From positions 1 to 54,107 of the forward strand of contig CALEEY010000044.1 of the NCBI GenBank assembly GCA_937877085.1: a DNA stretch of 54,107 nt, in the 5' to 3' direction. This stretch comes from an uncultured Bacteroidota bacterium (GTDB lineage: Bacteria > Bacteroidota > Rhodothermia > Rhodothermales > UBA10348). Position numbers and translations under genes: made by a program. Each line of letters opens with the position of its first letter. The stretch's first letter is position 1. Positions 38,750-47,910 of the stretch are shown here, piece by piece. The notes under the pieces were generated by a model. That model did no database searches. It was not told the origin of the DNA and saw only the letters and a list, made by a program, of their open reading frames with translations.

Positions 38750-38896
38750 AACCCGTTTTAAAGTCCGGCTCTGCAGGGCCCAATAATAAATTGGGTAAAA
38801 GCGTTACAAAATCAGCCTAAACAGCCTCTTTCTGTTGATACCAATAGGTGCTGTTGCCTATTGAAAGCACAACGTGAAGAAGGATAGAGGAGGTTT

Positions 38897-39511
38897 GTGA
38901 TGATTATAAAACAATGGAGAGGCCTTTTTAGGCTTCAAGGAACTGGGCTCATAGGGGGCCTTTGTCTGGTATGTTTGGGAATAACCGGCTGCGATGCATC
39001 GGCTTTTTCCGACACTCAGGACGAGATGGATTCGCTGAAGTCGACTGACTTGATCGAGTCCATGGTTATGACGCCGATTCCAACCCGAGACGGGACCTTA
39101 GAACAGGAATATGTTCTGGAGGTCACCATGAAAGCGACGGCTAACGTTACCTATCCGGATGCCATCAATTTGCTTGGTTTATCGGAAAAGATGCCCGCCT
39201 CTCTCATTTATGACGATGGGTCGGGCTATGATAAGACACCTGGAGACTTGATTTTTACCGGGGTAGTTACCGAAGCGTGTGCACCGTTCGATCTCCCGAA
39301 GGGTGTGGCAGCAAAAGAAATATTTTTCATTAAGGTTACCTGTTCCGGAGACTTCATTCGCCCAGGCGAAGAATGTGAGGGGTATGGGGTGTGTCCCGAA
39401 CAGGCTAGCCGGTCGTTTCTTTGGGGTCTTATTGAATATGACACGAGCGTTGCCGTCTGCTGGTGTGGTTTAAGTTGTTCCTATGAATTCGAATTAAAAC
39501 TTGGTAAGTGA
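38897..39511 (+). CDS. Hypothetical Cys-rich lipoprotein
   Basis: GAGGAGG RBS, lipobox ITGC, IYDDGSGYDKTPGDLIFTG motif and 7 C-terminal Cys. Confidence 0.75.
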   Translation: MMIIKQWRGLFRLQGTGLIGGLCLVCLGITGCDASAFSDTQDEMDSLKSTDLIESMVMTPIPTRDGTLEQEYVLEVTMKATANVTYPDAINLLGLSEKMPASLIYDDGSGYDKTPGDLIFTGVVTEACAPFDLPKGVAAKEIFFIKVTCSGDFIRPGEECEGYGVCPEQASRSFLWGLIEYDTSVAVCWCGLSCSYEFELKLGK

Positions 39512-39515
39512 GGGC

Positions 39516-39555
39516 CGGCCGGTAGGGGCGGGCCTTGGCCCGCCCCTACCGGCCG
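39516..39555. repeat. REP-like GC-rich palindrome (GTAG...CTAC)
   Basis: 19-bp perfect arms around a TT centre; no U-tract on either side. Confidence 0.6.
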
Positions 39556-39634
39556 CATTCTTCAGTCACTTACACGTCTAATGGAGTTTCAGATTGTCCC
39601 TCTCACGCTTATTTTCTTGTTTTCAAGTCTCAAA

Positions 39635-40063
39635 ATGAATAAAAAACCAGTTCCCCCCTCCCTTTCTGCAGGCGTGATCTGCGTAGCACTTGGCCTTATA
39701 GCTTGGTCCAACTTCATTGGCGAAGTCACTAGTGGGGATTTGAACCTGCTAAACTTTGAAACCATTTTATTTCCGATCGGGATCGGACTCATTCGACCAG
39801 GTACTTTCTGGGATTGGGTGGCTCGCCTTCAACTGTTTGCGCTCGCCCTCTATAGCGGTACCGTTTTGATTGGATTCCTCTTTATGTCGGATCAGACCAA
39901 ATTTTTGGTGTATGAATTCCATAACTCAGGCGGATCCTTGTCCGGTACGGGTATCGTTCTGTTTCTGCAGAGTTTGTTTTTTGTAGGGATACTTTGGATC
40001 TATTTTTCTACTTTTGCCGGTCGGAAAAAAACTGAATCAGTCCCAAACCTTCAAATCAATTAA
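39635..40063 (+). CDS. Hypothetical membrane protein
   Basis: About four hydrophobic segments; no recognised motif. Confidence 0.65.
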   Translation: MNKKPVPPSLSAGVICVALGLIAWSNFIGEVTSGDLNLLNFETILFPIGIGLIRPGTFWDWVARLQLFALALYSGTVLIGFLFMSDQTKFLVYEFHNSGGSLSGTGIVLFLQSLFFVGILWIYFSTFAGRKKTESVPNLQIN

Positions 40064-40092
40064 TACGGGTCCGCTAGCTGGACGCATATTAA

Positions 40093-40668
40093 TTGCAGAG
40101 TCTCTACCAGATGGTATTTCTTGAAGCCTTCGCTGCGATTACCGGGCTCATTAGCGTTTATTTAGTCACCAAACAGAATATCTGGTGTTGGCCCATTGGG
40201 TTGGTTTCTGTGGCGGTCGCTGCATTCGTGTTCTTTGACTCCTTATTGTATTCCGACATGATCCTACACGTTTATTTCTTTGGAATGAACGTATACGGAT
40301 GGATTCATTGGTCTAAGAAGCCGGTAGTCGGCGAAGTGTTACCCATTACTACCATGAGTATGGGTCAGAACATCCTTTGGGTTGTGGCAACCGCGGGAGG
40401 GACCATGCTTTGGGGATACACGATGAGCGCCAATACCGACGCCTCGTTTCCGTATGGCGATGCCTTTACGACCGTCGCAAGTTTGATTGCGCAGTGGTTT
40501 ATGGCCCAAAAACGGCTAGAAAACTGGATCTACTGGTTTATCATCGACGTGGTAGCTATCTCCATTTACGCTATGAAGGGGCTTTACCTTTTTTCCGGGC
40601 AATACCTCATTTTTCTACTTCTGTGCGTCGTCGGATTTCGGGATTGGAAAAAAGGTTTGCCTAGTTAA
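40093..40668 (+). CDS. pnuC: PnuC family nicotinamide riboside / vitamin transporter
   Basis: NIWCWPIG, YGWIHW, DAFTTVASLIAQWFMAQKRLENWIYW. Confidence 0.9.
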   Translation: MQSLYQMVFLEAFAAITGLISVYLVTKQNIWCWPIGLVSVAVAAFVFFDSLLYSDMILHVYFFGMNVYGWIHWSKKPVVGEVLPITTMSMGQNILWVVATAGGTMLWGYTMSANTDASFPYGDAFTTVASLIAQWFMAQKRLENWIYWFIIDVVAISIYAMKGLYLFSGQYLIFLLLCVVGFRDWKKGLPS

Positions 40669-40731
40669 TGGTCGTTTGCACATTTTTCCCTAAGATTGCG
40701 GGAGTAGCATATTCCAAACTGTATTCACAGA

Positions 40732-41943
40732 ATGAAACCCCAATCGCTCATGCCTATTTCGACAGGTCGTCTCACCCTAAAAGCATCGCGTTTTACCCTT
40801 ATGACTTCGTATGTGGGAAATACTAATCGGTTTTTAAGCGCCTTTTTCGTGCTCCTGTTCTGCGCCCCCTTGTCCTTTGCGCAGACAGACCATAGCCATG
40901 GCAGCGGGCGAGCTATCGAATTTCCAGACGTCAACGGTTTTTTGAGTTTAACCTGCGATTTTCACATGCATTCGGTGTTTTCGGATGGAGATGTGTGGCC
41001 CAATACCCGGGTTCAAGAAGCTCAAAAAGACAATCTTGATTGTATTGCCGTTACCGAGCATTTGGAATACCTGCCACACAAAGCGGATGTGCCCGTTCCA
41101 GATCGTAATCGCGCTTTTGATATTGCTGTTAATACCGCTAAAAACAGTGACCTGATTGTTATTAGGGGTTCGGAAATTACCCGGGCACTCCCATTTGGAC
41201 ATGCCAATACCATTTTCATAACCGACGCCAACCCATTGGTCACCGAGGAAGCGACGGATGCTTACGCTGAAGCGCAGCGTCAGGGTGGGTTTACGTTCAT
41301 GAATCATCCGAACTGGACGGCTCAGCGAAAAGATGGCATTGCCCGTTTGGAGGAAATGAATATCACCCTAATTGAGAAGGGACAAATCCAGGGAATTGAA
41401 GTCGTCAACGATATTACTTACTCTGACGAGGCTCTTGAAATTGCGCTCAAGCATAATCTCGCCATCATTGGCACTTCTGATATACATAGCCTCATAGATT
41501 GGCAGTTTGACGTCCCAGGTGGAGGGCACAGGCCAGTAACCATCGTATTTGCGAAGGAGCGTACGCAGGAGGGTATTAAGGAGGCTTTGTTGGCCCGCAG
41601 AACGGTGGCTTGGTATCAAAATACCTTGATCGGCCGTCTAGAACACGTAATGCCTTTGGTTGAGGCTTCGCTGTCCATTACCTCGGCTGCTTACCAAGGC
41701 GATACCAGCATTTTGGATATCCGCATAGAAAACAAATCCGAATCGGACTTTACGCTCAACAACGTCTCCGATTTCCGATTCCATGACCGAGCAGATTTGG
41801 TGGTCATACCCGCCCATCATTCGATCCAGGTATTGGTAAAAACGGGGCCTAGAGTCCCTGAAATCGAGTTGTCATTTGAGGTGTTGAACGTGGTAACCGC
41901 TCCGGGTCAGCACCCCAATTTCAAAATGAAAGCGACCATTTAG
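40732..41943 (+). CDS. PHP-domain phosphodiesterase (Sb-PDE-like), secreted
   Basis: CDFHMHSVFSDG, AVTEH, GSEITR, NHP, GTSDIH; true start probably downstream. Confidence 0.85.
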   Translation: MKPQSLMPISTGRLTLKASRFTLMTSYVGNTNRFLSAFFVLLFCAPLSFAQTDHSHGSGRAIEFPDVNGFLSLTCDFHMHSVFSDGDVWPNTRVQEAQKDNLDCIAVTEHLEYLPHKADVPVPDRNRAFDIAVNTAKNSDLIVIRGSEITRALPFGHANTIFITDANPLVTEEATDAYAEAQRQGGFTFMNHPNWTAQRKDGIARLEEMNITLIEKGQIQGIEVVNDITYSDEALEIALKHNLAIIGTSDIHSLIDWQFDVPGGGHRPVTIVFAKERTQEGIKEALLARRTVAWYQNTLIGRLEHVMPLVEASLSITSAAYQGDTSILDIRIENKSESDFTLNNVSDFRFHDRADLVVIPAHHSIQVLVKTGPRVPEIELSFEVLNVVTAPGQHPNFKMKATI

Positions 41944-42017
41944 CAACACCCAAGAAGCGCCGTTTTTGACGTCTTGTTGACTGGCGCAAAGCGTCAGAGG
42001 ATCGGCCGTAAGGCATG

Positions 42018-43358
42018 TCACTGTTGCCAGGCTGTCGCAATCCGATGCATTAGAATGGCGGTTCGAATCGTTTGCATGGGCAGCGTGCTCAGGTCGGCCC
42101 ATTCGGTCGTAGTGTGTGTGCCTTCACCGGTCATTCCTAGTCCATCCAAAGCCATTTCGACGCGACCTGCTGCAAAAGATATATCGGCCGCCCCCGCATC
42201 CGCAGGGTTGCCTGCTCGAACGGACTCATAGCCGGCATCGGTACTCGCTTGGCTCAGAAGCGCCAATAGGCGTTCGTTTCCTTGCGTCATTCCCATGGGA
42301 GGATAACTATCTCGAAATAGTATTTCGGCCCCTGTTCCAGGCAGGTGGTTGGCCACGATGGCGCGCATGGTGGTTTTTACCTCTTCCCTAATGGATGGCG
42401 AGATCGTTCTCAAATCCCCAGTAACGATTGTTTTTTCCGAAATCACGTTGGATTTACCGACGGCGCTTCCTCTGTCGTTTTCTTCATCGAATTCAACGGT
42501 AGTCCCGCCTAGAATCAATCCAGGGTTGAATGTTAAGAGTTCTTGCCCTGTTAGCTGCTCTTGAAAGCCCGTAAGAATTCTTGCGGCTTCATAAATCGAT
42601 CCATATCCCATTTCTTCTGAAAATACGGCCGAAGAGTGCCCCCGAACGCCCGAGGCGTGTACTTCCCATCCCGTAAATCCCCTTCTAGCCAAGACCGCTG
42701 TCTGTGGATCGCCGTCACCTGGCTCAAACGCCAAGGCGATATCGGCCGCATCGGCGGCTTCAACGAGCGACGCACGCCCAACCTCCAACGGACTTCCAGA
42801 AGACTCCTCGTCTCCTATCAAGGCAATGGTTACGGTCATCTGATCCAAAGCTCCGACGGCATGCAGCGCCCTAACCGCTTCCAAGAGGACAACGTCGCCT
42901 CCCTTCATATCAATGACGCCGGGGCCTTCAGCCTGATTTTCATTTAGTCGTGTAAATTTTTGAAAGGAGCTGTCCAGTTCAAAAACGGTATCTAGATGGC
43001 CGATCAATAAAAAATGAGGCCCGGTGTGGCCCCGAGAGGCAAAAAGGTGGCCGGCTCGTCCAAAAGCCTCACCATCAACCCACCATGTTTTAAATCCCAA
43101 TGGCTCCAATTCGTCCGCAAATGCCGCCCCCACCGCTCGGACGCCCGAAAAGTTCATAGAACCGCTATTTATGTTTACGATCTCTTCTAGAAAAGAGATG
43201 GCATCCTCAACACCCGATTCAATAAACGTAACCAGTTGTTGCTCATCAAGGCTTAGATTGGATTGTGCTGAAGTGTCGCGCGTAAATGCCATGAGGAGAA
43301 GAAAAATGATTGCGGTGATTAACTTGGGTCGCAAAGACCCGAACGGATAGAAACACAT
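42018..43358 (-). CDS. M20 family metallo-hydrolase (glutamate carboxypeptidase-like), secreted
   Basis: IGHLDTVF, GVIDMKGG, GDEE, HSS, EGTHTTTE. Confidence 0.88.
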   Translation of the reverse strand: MCFYPFGSLRPKLITAIIFLLLMAFTRDTSAQSNLSLDEQQLVTFIESGVEDAISFLEEIVNINSGSMNFSGVRAVGAAFADELEPLGFKTWWVDGEAFGRAGHLFASRGHTGPHFLLIGHLDTVFELDSSFQKFTRLNENQAEGPGVIDMKGGDVVLLEAVRALHAVGALDQMTVTIALIGDEESSGSPLEVGRASLVEAADAADIALAFEPGDGDPQTAVLARRGFTGWEVHASGVRGHSSAVFSEEMGYGSIYEAARILTGFQEQLTGQELLTFNPGLILGGTTVEFDEENDRGSAVGKSNVISEKTIVTGDLRTISPSIREEVKTTMRAIVANHLPGTGAEILFRDSYPPMGMTQGNERLLALLSQASTDAGYESVRAGNPADAGAADISFAAGRVEMALDGLGMTGEGTHTTTEWADLSTLPMQTIRTAILMHRIATAWQQ

Positions 43359-43445
43359 AAGTCGAACCTATGAATGCGGTTTGGGCCTGAAATGGACTGA
43401 CACCAAGATAGGTACTTGGGGAAATAATAGTGATTAGGTACACAT

Positions 43446-44165
43446 ATGATTGATATCGAAATCTGCATTGATTGCACAGACCCGTCTAATGCCCTCTCTT
43501 CTGCAAACGCGGCACTAGAAGGAGGCGCTAAAAGAATCGAATGCTGTAGGGACATGCACGAAGGCGGATTGACGCCCGAATTGCCGATTATTCAACAAAT
43601 TGTCGACCTCGTTGGCGGCAAAATAGAGATTGTTGTCATGATTCGGCCACGCAGCGGCGATTTCAATTTCAATAGATCTGAACGATTGAATATGCTGACT
43701 CAAGCACAAGAAATAATAGCTATTGGCGTCGACGGCATTGTTTTCGGGTCACTCGACAACGGAAAATTAGACGAAGTGCTATGTGAGGAAATGGCCCTAT
43801 TCGCAAGCTATAACGGCGTTAAAAACACATTTCACCGGGTGTTTGACGCACTTTCTGATCCCATAGGTGCCCTCGAATTCCTCGAGGAAGCCCGATTCCA
43901 ACGGATTTTGACTTCGGGAAACCCTTGGGGCAGTTCATCGACTGCCGTCGATGGCATCCCAAACATCAACGCTTATGCCCTAGAATCTCCAAAGATGGAA
44001 TGGGTCATAGGCGGGGGCGTTTCCGCCGAGAATGCTTCGGCTCTCATTCAGGGCATCACCGCAAAACATCTGTCCTTGCACGCGTATTCGTCTGTACTCG
44101 AAAATGGAGTTACTTCGGCGCTAAAAGTGAAACAACTCGTCGAAATAGCTCAAAAAACCCGGTGA
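43446..44165 (+). CDS. cutC: Copper homeostasis protein CutC family
   Basis: GAKRIECC, EGGLTP, MIRPRSGDF, TFHRVFD, RILTSG. Confidence 0.9.
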   Translation: MIDIEICIDCTDPSNALSSANAALEGGAKRIECCRDMHEGGLTPELPIIQQIVDLVGGKIEIVVMIRPRSGDFNFNRSERLNMLTQAQEIIAIGVDGIVFGSLDNGKLDEVLCEEMALFASYNGVKNTFHRVFDALSDPIGALEFLEEARFQRILTSGNPWGSSSTAVDGIPNINAYALESPKMEWVIGGGVSAENASALIQGITAKHLSLHAYSSVLENGVTSALKVKQLVEIAQKTR

Positions 44166-45022
44166 ATGTTAAACCCAAATCCCAAGTCGCCTTCGAAGAA
44201 GTTATTTCGGGACTTAGAAGCCACATATTGCGGGACGATCCATTGAGTGGACGTTAGAAACATTTGAAACACGTGTCCTCCCGCTTCTAGGTCGACTCCC
44301 ACAGAAAATGCGTTTTCAGAGCCGTCTGAGCGCGTTCCGATGACAGGAATGTATTCAGCCAGAACGGAGACCTGTTCGGTAATCATATACCGGGAGGCAA
44401 TGCCGATGGTAACTAGGTCCGCCGCCTCTTTTTCAACTCCGCCTCCAAACACACTATTTTCTTTGGCCAAATTGAAATGGGACCATGCGGGGGATACCTG
44501 CAAACTTACCTTTTCGTTGATGGCGTGAGCCAAAAGAACGGACAAATAACTAGATCCACGATCTGAAAAGTCGGCACCGTTATCCTGGGAGTCGATGCCC
44601 ACGTTTCCAAATAGACTCACTATGGTCGGCGAACTTCCTCCAAAAGTAGCCACCTTTGCTTTTACTCGCACGTCATACACCTTATCAAACCTCGATCTTC
44701 CGATACCAATCGAAACATGGTCGGTTAGACCATAATCGAGTCCGAACCTAATATTTGCCGACGCATCCAACCCGAAAAGCTCTTTGACTCCATCGGAAAT
44801 AGGCCCAAAAGCATGCTGAATGGTAAAATTCATGTTCGAAGCAGGCAGCTGAGTCACGCTCGGAAGCGTAATGACGGCTCCAGACAAGAATAATTCCGGT
44901 GCGATTTGGGCTGTTCGCTCTCTTTTCATTTGGCCAAAGGCCATGGATGTAACGAACAAAAAGAGCCCCATAAGGACAACAATTTTTGAAGACATACGGT
45001 GTTGTAATGTATGGCTATTCAT
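44150..45022 (-). CDS. DUF5777 family beta-barrel protein
   Basis: IQHAFG..ELFGLD, GIGRSR, GVDLEAGGHVFQ and terminal FGFNIHRVF. Confidence 0.8.
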   Translation of the reverse strand: MNSHTLQHRMSSKIVVLMGLFLFVTSMAFGQMKRERTAQIAPELFLSGAVITLPSVTQLPASNMNFTIQHAFGPISDGVKELFGLDASANIRFGLDYGLTDHVSIGIGRSRFDKVYDVRVKAKVATFGGSSPTIVSLFGNVGIDSQDNGADFSDRGSSYLSVLLAHAINEKVSLQVSPAWSHFNLAKENSVFGGGVEKEAADLVTIGIASRYMITEQVSVLAEYIPVIGTRSDGSENAFSVGVDLEAGGHVFQMFLTSTQWIVPQYVASKSRNNFFEGDLGFGFNIHRVF

Positions 45023-45027
45023 TTTTG

Positions 45028-45609
45028 TTATCGAACTACCGGTTGTTTGGGATCGGAGGATAGGATCGCATGAATGCTTATTTCTTGCCTTTCATCGACC
45101 TTCATTACTAATAGTTTGGGCGGCGTGATATTATAGTCACTCAGGTTTAGAGACCAACTAGCATCTAACTGCCACGAGGACCCCGTCCTTTGAAGGGTAC
45201 CACGCACCGTTATTTCCTCTTTCACACCGTGAAGGCCAAAACTTCCCTTCACTTCCACTGGTTGACTAGCCAACGAATTTTGATCCACTGGCTTCACTAA
45301 AGAACCGAAAAATTCGGCGAAAGGATACTTTTTGACTTCCAGTGTGGTCCTCATGTCCTTATCGCGTTTCCCAATTCCGGTATTTAAGGACGCCAAATCG
45401 ACATAAAAATCCACCGTTCCGTCTGCAAAATTGATCGTGCCCACCAACTCCTGAGAGACCCCAGAAAAGGTGTGAAGTGGCACGTGTGAGGTAAATGTAA
45501 CTTCTCCCTGCTTAGTCGCCACTACCTGCGCCGCTAGCGGAATGGAGAGCATCCATGCCCCCATAACCGACAGAAAAATAGCTTTTCTAGTTGTTGAGAG
45601 CGCCTTCAT
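45028..45609 (-). CDS. YceI family lipid/polyisoprenoid-binding protein
   Basis: Signal peptide; SLNTGIGKRDKDM, YPFAEF, LHGVKEE, DYNITPP. Confidence 0.85.
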   Translation of the reverse strand: MKALSTTRKAIFLSVMGAWMLSIPLAAQVVATKQGEVTFTSHVPLHTFSGVSQELVGTINFADGTVDFYVDLASLNTGIGKRDKDMRTTLEVKKYPFAEFFGSLVKPVDQNSLASQPVEVKGSFGLHGVKEEITVRGTLQRTGSSWQLDASWSLNLSDYNITPPKLLVMKVDERQEISIHAILSSDPKQPVVR

Positions 45610-46024
45610 TGATCCACTTTGAAATGGTGCTAATTTTATTGGTTGAAAGGGGGGATTTTCCATCCGGCATTCGTTTACCAAACCGAGGACTAGAGCCGAG
45701 TTTGTCTACTAGTGGACTCAATGAGGCGTTTCCTGCCACAATAATGGGCCCACCGTATGCTGAGCCTATACTTCCCATTGCTGTGGCATAGGTAGTCAAA
45801 TTCACCCCGTTCTTAACATTGTTTATATGACAACCTGACCCGGCACAGGAACTGTGGAATATTTGAGAAACATCCTGAGAAAAGCTAACCGGACCGGCAG
45901 GAACGATCGGATCGTCGTCTCCGGGGCCTACAACGTCATTCCCAGACCCTCCAGAATCGCTCCCGCAGGCCGAAAAGAATATAAAGGTGCTCAATAAACA
46001 GAAAGAAATAAAGCGACTGGACAT
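45587..46024 (-). CDS. Lipoprotein c-type cytochrome with a CX4CH motif
   Basis: Lipobox FSAC; VSFSQDV..IF.SSCAGSGCH, distal RMP and I.KWINEGA, as in PSCyt1-like small cytochromes. Confidence 0.75.
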   Translation of the reverse strand: MSSRFISFCLLSTFIFFSACGSDSGGSGNDVVGPGDDDPIVPAGPVSFSQDVSQIFHSSCAGSGCHINNVKNGVNLTTYATAMGSIGSAYGGPIIVAGNASLSPLVDKLGSSPRFGKRMPDGKSPLSTNKISTISKWINEGALNN

Positions 46025-46200
46025 AATGAAAACGGTCTGAATGAATCTCTTATCGATGAGTGGCGGAAATAAACGAAGAGTTACGCTTAGTTCTAAGCCT
46101 TTGTAGGGTATTTCCCGATGCCCCTAAAAATAAACTGTTTTACATTTCATCCGCCATTAAATGTTTTTTCAGTTAGTTACCAATCAATTCCATCCACATC

Positions 46201-47664
46201 ATGCGCAAAATACTTTCAGTTTTGGTGGTGTTGCTTATTCCCGCTTGCGGAAAGGATAATATTGTTGTCGTGCCAGAACCCATTGCAATCGCATCCTCAA
46301 TAAAGGACCTCCCGCAGCGATTTGAATGGGCTAGAACGACGGCTTTGTCGTACGCGCACGACGGCGCCGATTCTGTAGGCCTGTGGTATGAAGCCGCCCT
46401 ACCCGGCCGAGATGCCTTTTGTATGCGAGACGTTTCGCATCAAGCGCTAGGAGCCCATTTTCTCGGATTGGATGAGCATACCCGCAATATGCTTTTTCAA
46501 TTCGCCCGGAATATTTCTGAAGGAAAAGATTGGTGCTCGTTTTGGGAAATTACCAAAAATGGCGTCCCTGCGCCTGTCGACTATCGAAACGATGAGGAGT
46601 TTTGGTACAACTTACCCTCTAATTTCGATGTGCTTGACGCCAGTTATCGGATGTACCAATGGACTGGTGATCCAACGTACATCGAGCACCCCGCTTTTTT
46701 GACTTTTTACGAGAAAACCGTTACTGATTACGTTGAAACGTGGGACTTGGGGGCGGAAAACGTGCTCACGCGTTCCCGATACATGAATAGGGATTCGTTT
46801 GACCTAGCCGATCCGTATCAATATGCAAGAGGCATCCCCAGCTATAACGAGAGCCATGTTGGCTCCGTACGTGTCGGAATCGACCTTTTGGCTTTTCAAG
46901 TAGCTGCCTATCGGTCGTATGCGGCGGTTCTACAAAAAAACGGACAGCCTTCAAAATCCGAGGAGATGCTCTCTCGTGCCGTAAGGGCTTCTAATTTGAT
47001 TTCTGAAGCCTTCTGGAAAGAAGATGTGGGCCATTTTTCAGATATGTTAATGGAAAACGGCCAGACCACGATGGGTGGTGGCATGCAAACATATTTATTG
47101 TACAACGATGCCATATCCGATCTATCGAAAGCCAAGCTCGTGGCATCCAATGTAGCCTCTAGTGATCCCGGGAATATCGAAATGCAATCTTACGTTCCCG
47201 AGGTCCTTTATCGGTATGGACTACACGGAGAAGCGTTGGATATGTTGATGCGGATATCTGCCGATTCAACCGATCGCCGAACCTATCCGGAAGTGTCATT
47301 TTCAGTCATTGGAGCTTTGGCAACGGGCCTGATGGGTCTCTCCCCAATTGATAAGGGCCTGGCCAGCATTTCCCGAATCTCGACGGAAGACGATTGGGTA
47401 GAACTTAAAAACGTGCCCCATTTAAAGTCCATCATCAGTCTTAAACACACGGGAACGTCCTCTTCAACATTTACCGTACTGTCTGGGGAAAAACTAATTT
47501 GGAGGGCCGTGTTTGCGGGCTCGCATCCGGAATTGATGGTGCAGGGGAGAAAACTCCGTGCAACAGAGTCGTTCGATCATCTTGGAAATCCGATCTCATT
47601 CATTGAAATTGAGGCGTACCCACTCGAAAATATTACCGTTTCGACTCTGGTGGCCAATAAATGA
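46201..47664 (+). CDS. Hypothetical lipoprotein, probably six-hairpin glycosidase-like
   Basis: Lipobox IPAC; AFCMRDVSHQ, YRMYQWTGD and YPEVSF resemble (alpha/alpha)6 glycoside hydrolases. Confidence 0.65.
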   Translation: MRKILSVLVVLLIPACGKDNIVVVPEPIAIASSIKDLPQRFEWARTTALSYAHDGADSVGLWYEAALPGRDAFCMRDVSHQALGAHFLGLDEHTRNMLFQFARNISEGKDWCSFWEITKNGVPAPVDYRNDEEFWYNLPSNFDVLDASYRMYQWTGDPTYIEHPAFLTFYEKTVTDYVETWDLGAENVLTRSRYMNRDSFDLADPYQYARGIPSYNESHVGSVRVGIDLLAFQVAAYRSYAAVLQKNGQPSKSEEMLSRAVRASNLISEAFWKEDVGHFSDMLMENGQTTMGGGMQTYLLYNDAISDLSKAKLVASNVASSDPGNIEMQSYVPEVLYRYGLHGEALDMLMRISADSTDRRTYPEVSFSVIGALATGLMGLSPIDKGLASISRISTEDDWVELKNVPHLKSIISLKHTGTSSSTFTVLSGEKLIWRAVFAGSHPELMVQGRKLRATESFDHLGNPISFIEIEAYPLENITVSTLVANK

Positions 47665-47910
47665 GCTCTAGGGAAGTCCGTTGGATGCGACGGCAGCCTC
47701 CGACGGACTCGGGCACCGACCCAATTTCATTAAACGGCACAGAATCAACCTTGATGCCTGAATACGATGCCTACACGCAGCGCTTTAAAGACGTCGTACG
47801 ATTACTTTCCATTCTTGCTGAACAATCGCAGGCTGTTAAACAAAACATGCCGTCAGAATTGGATGTTTTATTAGACTCCTAAAACTAAGTAGAAACCTAT
47901 CGGCTGAATC

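Noticed and set aside
47661-47882. 73-aa ORF overlapping the glycosidase-like gene stop
   Set aside because: The ATGA overlap is suggestive, but the sequence has no recognisable features and the region probably holds the DPP IV promoter; not supportable.
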